A stretch of DNA of 8,873 bases, from NCBI RefSeq assembly GCF_006345805.1, contig NW_021828277.1, positions 1 through 8,873 of the forward strand. Direction: 5' to 3'. Both the position numbers and the translations under genes were made by a program. The stretch comes from Octopus sinensis. Lineage: Eukaryota. Numbering within the stretch: position 1 is the stretch's first letter; every line of letters begins with the position of its first letter. Positions 1 to 7,292 of this stretch are shown here, piece by piece. Below the pieces are notes generated by a model. That model saw only the letters and a program-made list of their open reading frames with translations. It ran no database searches and had not been told where the DNA came from.

Positions 1-44
1 TAGATAGATAGATAGATTGATAGATAGATTGATTGATAGATAGA
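1..44. repeat. (TAGA)n microsatellite, imperfect, truncated by window start
   Basis: Direct reading of tagatagata... repeats. Confidence 0.95.
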
Positions 45-113
45 CTAACACGAATGGCATTGTCAATAATTTAGATAAATATATAGCTAGATATATTGGG
101 ATGTTAATAAAAG

Positions 114-126
114 GTGTGTGTGTGTG

Positions 127-173
<47 letters not shown>
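114..173. repeat. (GT)n microsatellite
   Basis: About 60 bp of near-perfect GT repeats. Confidence 0.97.
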
Positions 174-176
<3 letters not shown>

Positions 177-190
177 GAACCAGACAACAG

Positions 191-401
191 AAGTTCCTCT
201 ATGAGGTCATGCGACCAGATGGAAATTGGAGCTAAATCTTCCTTAAATTACACCGCATCACTCTTTCTAGAGAAGGGAAGGACATATTGAATACTGTAAT
301 CTCAGGCACCTCTAAATGCATGGCATTGTCACGACCGGAACGCTTCTGATAATAGGCTGAGTTAATTAGAGTTGATCTGGATGTGAGCAATGACAACTAA
401 C
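191..401 (-). mobile_element. Diverged copy of unclassified interspersed repeat (family C)
   Basis: Reverse complement has the motif order ctattatcagaagcgttccggtcgtgac / tattcaatatgtccttccc / gtgtaatttaaggaagatttagctccaatttcc...tagagg, collinear with 433-630, 3488-3578 and 7156-7292 in this window. Strand is defined relative to the 7156 copy. Confidence 0.65.
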
Positions 402-432
402 TTAATTGTCAAATTATATGCCATTGAGGAAA

Positions 433-630
433 CCTGTTGCAGAAAAGCGATTTGTGAAAAATAACAGTCAAATCTCCCTCAAACTGCATCCTGCCATTTT
501 CAAGAGGAATGAAGCACACATTGGATATTGTACTCTTAGATGTATCATGTCAGAAAAGGGAACGAATAGTCACAATCAGAATGTTTTTGGCTGTATCTCT
601 TCCGAGCAAGTTTGATCTTGGGTTAAACAA
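433..630 (-). mobile_element. Diverged family C repeat copy
   Basis: caaatctccctcaaa (rc tttgagggagatttg) and cacattggatattg match the other family C copies, e.g. gatttgagggagtttg at 7418-7433. Confidence 0.65.
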
Positions 631-682
631 CAACAGCTAATGAATTGAAAACGAGTCAACGAGAAAACTTCTAGAAATTTGC

Positions 683-715
683 TTGACCTGCTAGAAGTAA
701 TAGTGAACCCTCTTC
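683..715 (-). mobile_element. Short family C fragment
   Basis: gacctgctagaagtaatag (rc ctattacttctagcaggtc) resembles the family C 3' motif. Confidence 0.4.
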
Positions 716-749
716 TATTTCATAAAGATATTCGCATATAGATATTGTG

Positions 750-875
750 AACCATGTAGTCTGGGATTCAGTCCTACTGCTGAGGCAAATTGAGCAAGTT
801 TCTTTGACAATAGCACCAACCCAGCGAAGTTTCGTGAGAGGATTTGGTCTACAGAAACGGTGTAGAATCCACACG
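750..875 (+). mobile_element. tRNA-derived SINE (family A), diverged 5' half
   Basis: B-box-like gggattcagtcc at 763-774. The body (ttgagcaagtttct...gtgagaggatttggtctacagaaac) is collinear with the reverse complement of 1225-1345. Followed by the family's central microsatellite. Confidence 0.75.
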
Positions 876-927
876 TATGTATGCATGTAATGTATGTATG
901 TATGTATGTATGTATGTATGTATGTAT
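875..927. repeat. (TATG)n microsatellite (central repeat of SINE family A)
   Basis: Direct reading. Confidence 0.9.
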
Positions 928-934
928 TTAAAAA

Positions 935-1380
935 ATTTTTTCAGTCATTTCACTGCGGCTTTGCTGGGGCGCTGCCTTGAATGGTCTTTTAATAAAGCAA
1001 ATCGACCCCAGAACTTATTTTTAAGTTTGGTATTTATTTTATCTTTTTTTTGCCGAACCACTAAGTGACGGGGAAGAAAACACACCAACATGGTTGTCAA
1101 GCGGTGCTGGAGAGGACAAACACAGACACAGAGAGGACACACATTCATACACGCACAAACACACACACACACTCACACACACACACATACGCACACACAC
1201 ACACACATATATATATATGCGATGGGCTTCTTTCAGTTTCCGTCTACCTAATTCACTTACAAGTTTTTGGTCGGCCCAAAGCTATGGCAGAAGATACTTG
1301 CCCCAAATGCAACGCAGTGGGATTGAACCCGGGCCCGTATAGTTGGGAAGCATGCTTCTTACCACATAGCCACGCCTTTT
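935..1380 (-). mobile_element. Full-length tRNA-derived SINE (family A; octopus-type SINE by recollection)
   Basis: Minus strand: A box TGGCTATGTGG (1362-1372), B box GGTTCAATCCC (1319-1329), body, central (TA)/(TG)n tract (about 1140-1220), 3' region ttgacaacc...tggttcggcaaaa and tail ccccagcaaagccgcagtgaaatgactgaaa, homologous to the plus-strand pieces at 1451-1503 and 1585-1848. Confidence 0.88.
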
Positions 1381-1396
1381 CCCATGTATGCGTGTA

Positions 1397-1397
<1 letters not shown>

Positions 1398-1428
<31 letters not shown>

Positions 1429-1450
1429 GTGGTGTGTGTGTGTGTGTGTG
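1398..1450. repeat. (GT)n microsatellite
   Basis: Direct reading. Confidence 0.95.
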
Positions 1451-1503
1451 CAGCCCCAGCATGACCGCAGTCTAATGACTGAAACAAGTAAAAGAATGAA
1501 AGA
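1451..1503 (+). mobile_element. 3' tail only (5'-truncated) of SINE family A
   Basis: cagccccagcatgaccgcagtctaatgactgaaacaagtaaaaga matches the rc of 940-972 and the tail at 1800-1848. Confidence 0.8.
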
Positions 1504-1508
1504 ATATG

Positions 1509-1509
1509 C

Positions 1510-1581
<72 letters not shown>

Positions 1582-1582
1582 G
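1509..1582. repeat. (GATA)n microsatellite
   Basis: About 18 near-perfect GATA units. Confidence 0.97.
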
Positions 1583-1584
1583 AT

Positions 1585-1848
1585 ATGTTTATGTATGTTT
1601 GTGTGTCTGTGTTTGTCAACTGCTTGACAACTGTTGTTGATTTGTTTATATCCCTGTAACCTAACGGTTCGGCGAAAGACACTGATAGAATAAGTACTAG
1701 GCTTCAACCCCACCACCACCACCACCACTACCACCATCACTACAAAAAAAAAGAAAGCTAGATAAGTACTGGAATCGAGGTGTACAACCTTAAAGGCAAT
1801 CCCCTAGCATGGCCACTGTCCTGTAACTGAAACAAGTCGAAGATAAAA
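1585..1848 (+). mobile_element. 3' half of SINE family A with an internal (CAC)n/poly-A expansion at about 1706-1752
   Basis: gtgtctgtgtttgtc...ttgacaac...ccctgtaacctaacggttcggcgaaagacactgatagaataagtact, then ataagtactggaatcga...ctagcatggccactgtcctgtaactgaaacaag; collinear with the rc of 940-1130. Confidence 0.8.
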
Positions 1849-1899
1849 GGCCGGATAATATAGCCCTGAACACAACACGCAAAACGCGAAAATTTCGAT

Positions 1900-1942
1900 A
1901 TCATCACAGCTGGAATGTCTTTGAATTACAAGCCTGTTCGAT
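1900..1942 (-). mobile_element. Short family C fragment
   Basis: tcacagctggaatgtctttgaattacaagcctg resembles tcaccaatggaacgcttttggtcac (3547-3571) and tcacgaccggaacgcttctgataatagg (329-356). Confidence 0.4.
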
Positions 1943-2541
1943 GATGTATGACTTGGTATACAATAACTAAGTGATATGAAAACAGGTAGATTGTGAGGAG
2001 GTCTAAGCAATCAATGGACTTGATCTTACGCAGACGAATCAGGTGTTCGTAAAAACAATAGCAATGAAGAGAAAACGGAGAATCTTGTCTTTCATAATCT
2101 AGAAACATTTCTAATGGCACAAACTGGACAAAATGGAAAAGGCGTTGCTCAAGAGGATAGCGAAGGAGATGTGCTGGAACAATCACTCTAACTCATAGGG
2201 CTCGCATTTGCGGACAGCAATCTCCACCTCGATAGCGGTCAGCAGGGATATGGTCCGGAGGCCACGAACGCCACAAAGTTTTTTACTGTCCGAGAATTTT
2301 TCCACATGCCTTCGGTAAGACGTTAAACTGCATTCAGTAGGGAATCCCCAGCTCAGAAATGCACAAGTTTTAGGGAATGTGCAGTTATTCCTTAATCAGA
2401 ACTATTATTTGGCCTGTTCTAGTTTGGAATTGTAGCATCCGTCAAGAGCCCCAATATAAATCAAATACAGAAGGTAGCTATGCGATTAAGGCATACTGGG
2501 CCAGAGGAAATCTGACCCATGAACATGTGTCGGGCACAGCG

Positions 2542-2770
2542 TGGAAGAACGTGGCTTAGTGGTTAGGGTGTTGGACTCATAATTGTAAGATTGTGGTTTC
2601 CATTCTTGGACCGGTCGATGCGTTGTGTTCCTGAGGAAAAAAAAAACTTCATTTCACATTACTCCAGTCCACCCAGCTGGCAAAAATGAGTAATCCTGAG
2701 ACGGATCGGCGTCCGGTCCAGATGGATAACTTATACGCCATGGAAACCGGGAAACCGGCCGTTATTAGTC
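2542..2770 (+). mobile_element. tRNA-derived SINE (family B), near full length, CORE-SINE-like
   Basis: A box TGGCTTAGTGG (2552-2562) and degenerate B box GGTTTCCATTC (2595-2605), followed by tgaggaaaa...cttcatttcac...ccagctggcaaaaatgag, which resembles the CORE domain. The CORE assignment is from memory. Confidence 0.75.
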
Positions 2771-3191
2771 AGTATAACTTGAAAAGATAATTTTACCTTT
2801 ATCGTGAACATATTTTGATGTTCTTTTAACCAGTCTCATTGTCTAAGGGTTAAATAGACCCAGTGCTTCAAGAATAAGTTCGGGTGAACCAGAGACTATT
2901 AGAGTAAATTGTGTATAAACTGGCTGAAGGCATTGAAAAGCCAGTGCTGTAACTTTCTAAGAAAATTATTAATCTTCACGCTTTTGTATGGAAGCCCATA
3001 ATCACTAGCATTATGGAAGAACGGTGCATGAAGAGAAAGGGAGGTGATAGATTCAGATTGAGCAAAATTGGCTCGTTTTTATGAATGTGGCAGAAATGTT
3101 CCACCATTCTAAATTGTCGCTTCGTGGGACAACGTAGATGTATTACTGTAGCCAGGTCTTGAAGGCCCCGTGGCTTTCACAGAGAAGCAGT

Positions 3192-3290
3192 TGACAGAAT
3201 TTGAACCCAGAACACAAAAGGCCAAGGTATGTTAGAAAATAACTTGTCCGACGTAATTACAATTTCGCCAATCCACAGCTCAGGCCTGGT
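3192..3290 (-). mobile_element. Degenerate tRNA-derived SINE head (family D-like)
   Basis: Minus strand: A-box-like tggcgaaattg near 3260-3270 and B box GGTTCAAATTC (3197-3207). Confidence 0.5.
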
Positions 3291-3291
3291 G

Positions 3292-3420
3292 ATTAATTTA
3301 TTGATACCTGAAAGAATATAAGGTAAAGTTGACTTTGGTAGGAATTGAACTCAGAACGCAGAAATCCCGAACAACTATTTTCAGTGGAGTTCTATCTGAC
3401 ACTTCAAATCCTCTGCCTCT
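3292..3420 (-). mobile_element. Degenerate tRNA-derived SINE head plus start of body (family D)
   Basis: Minus strand B box AGTTCAATTCC (3341-3351), preceded by gttctg as in the 3192-3290 copy and followed by aaagtcaactttacctt, which I recall from octopus SINEs. Confidence 0.55.
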
Positions 3421-3487
3421 CCATCACTCTTTAAAAAGAGAAAAAAATAACACCCTACTCTCAAATAAAAATTTTTTTTAACTGAAT

Positions 3488-3578
3488 GGAAGAACATATT
3501 GGATAACAATTCTCCATAAACACACATTTAATAAAAGATGGGAGCGTCACCAATGGAACGCTTTTGGTCACAAATCTT
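3488..3578 (-). mobile_element. Family C fragment
   Basis: ggaagaacatattggata...agatggg...tcaccaatggaacgctttt aligns with ggaaggacatattgaata...tcacgaccggaacgcttct at 275-348. Confidence 0.6.
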
Positions 3579-4001
3579 TTAGATGAAAAGCGAGCCGAAG
3601 CTAAGAAACACCAACAACAACTACCACTGGATTAATAAATATTAATTTCTTATTTAAACAATACAGGGCTACAAATTTATAGTTAGAAAGGGTTGAGATC
3701 CTATTCTGATCATAATACCTCCCAAGAGAAGATTTATCGAAGTAAGTTAACCGAAATGGAATTGCATCAACCGCAGATCAATAAGATCTGATTATCGATT
3801 AGTTTCTTTTGTTCTCTCTGTCTGTCTTTCTTTTTTTTTCTTGTTTTTTTTTTTCTTTCTCCTTCATACTGCTTTCTGATAATTTCTGATAGGTTTTTGA
3901 ACTTGGCTCCTTAAGCAATTAAATCTGGACACTGTTTATTTGTGAATCAATGTTTAAGACAAACGCTGGCAGATTAATCTACCGAAAGACAGACAGACAT
4001 A

Positions 4002-4109
4002 CCTCTTTCCCTCTCTCCTCTCTCTCTCTCTCTAAAAAGCCGCCATTGTCGGCGTCTACAATAATAATAATAATAATAATATTAATAATGATAATAATAA
4101 TAATAATAA
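4002..4109. repeat. (CT)n tract (4002-4033) and (AAT)n tract (4060-4109)
   Basis: Direct reading. Confidence 0.9.
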
Positions 4110-4481
4110 ATCCAGCAGAGCTGTTTGCCAGAAGTCCCATTATAAAGATAAGATATCAGTTTATAAGTTTCAAGATATTTCTAAACCTTCTTCCAATTCT
4201 CCTTTCCAAAAACTAACATATCCTGCCGCTCTTCCTCTCAACTCAACTCATCTGATTTTTATCTTCGATATATATTTATTTATTTAATTTTTTTTTTTTA
4301 CTTCTTTGTTTATTTCATGATGTTGTTATGTCGTAGCTGTTGATGTTGTTGAGGTTGGTGTTGTTGTTTTTGGGTTTGTTTTCACTCTTGTTCTCTTCTC
4401 AGCAATTTCTTCTCGAACCAGAAAATATTCTAATCTACGCCTGTCTCCAATATGATGCTCTTTTATCTCTTTATCTCCTTT

Positions 4482-4729
4482 TCTCTCTCTCTCTCTCTCT
4501 CACTCTCTCGCTCCCCCCTCTTTTAGCCTCCGTGTAGTCTGATATATATAATATGTGTGTGTGTGTGCGTGTGTGTGTGTGTGTGTATGTATATATTATA
4601 CACACATACATATATGTATATATATATATATATCTATATATACATACTTATATATATATATATATATATATGGAAGAGAGATGTATGTATACACACACAA
4701 ATACATATACATACATACACACATACTAC

Positions 4730-4761
<32 letters not shown>

Positions 4762-4814
4762 GTATGTATATATATATATATATATATACATACACACACA
4801 CACAACACACACAC

Positions 4815-4851
<37 letters not shown>

Positions 4852-4854
4852 TGT

Positions 4855-4890
<36 letters not shown>
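4482..4890. repeat. Compound dinucleotide microsatellite: (CT)n, (TG)n, (TA)n, (CA)n, (GA)n
   Basis: Direct reading; source of the Y/I/H/T/C/V pseudo-ORFs in the track. Confidence 0.95.
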
Positions 4891-5212
4891 GCCATTTCAG
4901 CCGTCCTATATATCTAGTAATCTCTATATTACCGTTCGTCTATCTTTCATTGTCGCCCCTTATCCTTGATACAGTCTTCTATTTTGCAATTATTATGGTA
5001 ATTGGGTACGTGAAAAACACATCCTTCTCCCCGTTGTTTTGTTGTTGATGTTGTTATTGATGGTGTCGACGTTCTTTACAGTTGTTGTTACTCTTCCTGA
5101 TGTTCTTCTTTATCATCTTCATCAGTCTCATTTTTCCTCATCGTCTTCGACGTCGTTGGTTGTCATCTTTGCCAATTGCCCATCAACAGTCTTCGGTGCC
5201 CATTTTTCTTAA

Positions 5213-5325
5213 TCACTCACTCTCTAGCTCCTTCACTCACTCACTCACTCACTCACTCATTAACACACTGGCTCAACTACTCACTCACACTCTCGCTCAC
5301 TCACTCATTCTCACTCCCTCACTCG
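5213..5325. repeat. Degenerate (TCAC)n tetranucleotide repeat
   Basis: Direct reading. Confidence 0.9.
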
Positions 5326-5544
5326 TTTCCTTTTCCCCTCCTCCCACCACCACTCACTCGACATCTTTTGTCCATTTCCTGTTTTGAGATCACGTTTCAC
5401 TAAATCCCCCGTCTTGATGTCACACTGTTGGTTGCTTTAGTGTTTGTTGGGTCAATGAAAGGAAGGCGACACACTGCGTGGTTAGGGAGCAGTGACGCGA
5501 CATGTGGTGCCGGTTGTAGGACTGGGGTGTTGTGGGGAAATTAT

Positions 5545-5731
5545 TGTAGTGGTAGTAGTAGTAGTAGTAGTACTAGTTGTTGTTGCTGTGCGGTGGTGAT
5601 GGAGGTTATGTGGGTTATGACAATGGTGTGTGGGATGGTGCTGAAGGTTGTGGTGATGGTGGTTGTTTTGTTAGTTGTAGTAGTATTGGTGGTGGTGGTG
5701 TCATCATTATTATCATTATTATTATTATTAT

Positions 5732-5770
<39 letters not shown>

Positions 5771-6842
5771 GAGGAGGAGGAGGAGGAGGAGTAATGGTAG
5801 CAGCAGCGGCAGTAGTAGTAGTAGTAGGAGGAGGAGTAATGGTAGCAGCAGCGGCAGTATTAGTAGTAGTAGTAGTAGTAGTAGGAATGGGGTGGCGATG
5901 GAGTTTATAGGTATTATAAGTATTGGTGCGTGGAGTGATGGTGATGGTAGCGTCGGTGGAAGTAGTGGATGCAGAGGTAGCGGTGATGGTTGTCGTCTTT
6001 ATTGTAGCGGTTGTGGTGGCGGTAGTGGTAGTCTTCGTCGTCGACGTCGTGGAGTTTATAGGGTTTTGGGTGGTGGTTTGTGGGGAATGTGGTAGTGGTA
6101 GTGGTAGGGTTGGTGAAAGCAGTAATGATTATGGATAGGTGTAGGGGGATGATGGTGATGATGGGGACAGCAAAAATTGTTAGAGCAGTGATGTTGATAG
6201 TTAATGATAGTAGAGGTGGTTGTAGTGGTAGTGGTGTTGGCACCGATGTGTAGGTAGTGGAGATATTAGGCGCAGTGGTACTGGTGGCGGTAGTAGTTGT
6301 GATATTAGTAGAGAGTAATCAAATCAAGCTGTTTTAGGTAGTGTTGGTGGTGTTGATCGTGGTGGTCATGGCATTCATCATGTGAATGACCGAATGGTGG
6401 TAAGAATACCGCCTGGAATTTGCTATAATGGTAGCTGTAGCCCTGACAGGGGTGGCGGCGGCGGTGGTGGTGGTGGTGGTGGTGGTGGTGGTGGTAGCGG
6501 TGGCGGCCGCGGTGGTGGTGGTGGTTTTTTGGTGGTAGTGGTGGTTGTAGTGATGGTGGTTGCGGTGATCGTCGTTGATGGTGGAGGTGAGTTAGTAGGG
6601 GTGCTACTAGAGCTGGTAGTGGTGGTCGTCATTGTGGTAGTAATTGTGATGATGGTGGTGGTAATGACGGTAGTGGTGGTAGCGGCAGTGTTAGCAGTTG
6701 GGTTGGTGATGATGGAAGGTAGTGGTGGTGTGGTGCGTGGAGTGTTGTAGTGGCGGTATTGTGGTATTGCTGGTAGTTGAGTTAATGGCTGTCGTTGTCG
6801 TGATAGTAGTGGTGGTGGTGGTGGTGGTGGTGGTGGTAGTGG
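5545..6842. repeat. Long G/T-skewed degenerate trinucleotide low-complexity block: (AGT)n, (ATT)n, (GGA)n, (GGT)n and mixtures
   Basis: Direct reading, with strong triplet periodicity and plus-strand G+T excess. Confidence 0.9.
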
Positions 6843-6954
6843 GTGCTGGAGTTGGCGATGTTCGGGATAACAGTGAACGGCAAAGCTGACAGTGTCGTTG
6901 ACGCTGGGGTGGAGTTTGATAAACCAGATATTTTAGACTTGATCGCAGAATTAA

Positions 6955-7020
6955 ATTCACGCCATCTTTACAAACTCCCAGATATTACAGTTCGAAAACA
7001 CTTCCTGTTTCCGGTCCGTC
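6955..7020 (-). promoter_or_regulatory. Candidate housekeeping-type promoter motif cluster: tandem ETS sites plus YY1 motif
   Basis: Minus strand ACCGGAAA (7008-7015) and ACAGGAAGTG (6999-7008), then AAGATGGCG (6960-6968), in a CpG-retaining non-repetitive island. Confidence 0.35.
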
Positions 7021-7097
7021 TTTAGATAGTATGGTCTCATTATTGTTGCTATTACTGCAGTAGTCGTTGTCATCGTTATTTATGTTGTTGTCGTTCT

Positions 7098-7122
7098 TGC
7101 TGCTGCTGCTGCTGCTGCTGCA
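7098..7122. repeat. (GCT)n microsatellite
   Basis: Direct reading. Confidence 0.9.
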
Positions 7123-7155
7123 GTTTAGTTCCAAGTAAGACACAATCAAACATAG

Positions 7156-7292
7156 CTATAACCAGAGGAATTTCATCCGTGACCATCCCATCTGTGATTT
7201 TATTTTATTTTCCAGTTGTAGTTTAGGACAGTAGAGTATGATTTGAGGAGATTTGTGCGCCATTTCCAGCAAATCGTGCGTCGCTCTAAAGG
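7156..7292 (+). mobile_element. Family C repeat copy
   Basis: ccgtgaccatcccatc...tatgatttgaggagatttgtgcgccatttccagc...ctctaaagg, collinear with the rc of 191-401. Confidence 0.6.

Noticed and set aside
1319-1376. tRNA-like A/B boxes here and at 2552-2605 and 3197-3351
   Set aside because: They continue into SINE bodies and lack a complete cloverleaf and acceptor stem, so they are SINE heads, not tRNA genes.
844-1740. Track ORFs such as 844-1068, 945-1172, 1065-1475, 1094-1342, 1253-1462, 1282-1740 and 1359-1682
   Set aside because: They are translations of SINE bodies and (CA)/(GT)/(GATA)/(TATG) microsatellites (HT, CV, YLSI runs), with no protein-family signal.
940-1848. Recurring ~30-bp motif (ccccagca...gcagt...actgaaa) three times, superficially CRISPR-like
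   Set aside because: Mixed orientation, irregular spacing and no cas genes in a eukaryotic context; these are SINE 3' tails.
2225-2295. Minus-strand KKLCGVRGLRTISLLTA, faintly like the LINE RT motif YRPISLL
   Set aside because: No flanking RT motifs in any frame; the similarity is too short.
2340-2349. Perfect NF-kB consensus GGGAATCCCC
   Set aside because: A single degenerate 10-mer without clustering or conservation evidence is plausible by chance.
5085-5185. Minus-strand acidic stretch MTTNDVEDDEEK* / NETDEDDKEEHQEE*
   Set aside because: Short, split by a frameshift and stops, and explained by degenerate (GAT/GAA)n repeats.
3950-5403. ORFs rich in I, Y, C, V, H, T, L (3950-4216, 4340-4537, 4553-5048, 4596-4895, 5082-5403)
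   Set aside because: They arise from (AAT)n, (CT)n, (TA)n, (CA)n and (TCAC)n repeats; the apparent hydrophobic or transmembrane character is an artefact.
6449-6525. (GGT/GGC)n run as a G-quadruplex, with a NotI site at 6503-6510
   Set aside because: Mostly GG tracts that could form only weak two-tetrad structures; generic for such microsatellites.
5428-6750. Plus-strand Val/Gly/Ser-rich ORFs (5428-5910, 5577-6095, 5923-6138, 6382-6750)
   Set aside because: G/T-rich triplet repeats read as poly-V/G/S in several overlapping frames; there is no homology or splice evidence.
6783-6968. Minus-strand frame RWREFNSAIKSKISGLSNSTPASTTLSALPFTVIPNIANSSTHYHHHHHHHHH..., reminiscent of the KWREF motif in the CHD3/4 N-terminus
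   Set aside because: Only four residues match, the upstream acceptor (gggagtttgtaaag) lacks a polypyrimidine tract, and there is no other CHD-like sequence in the window.
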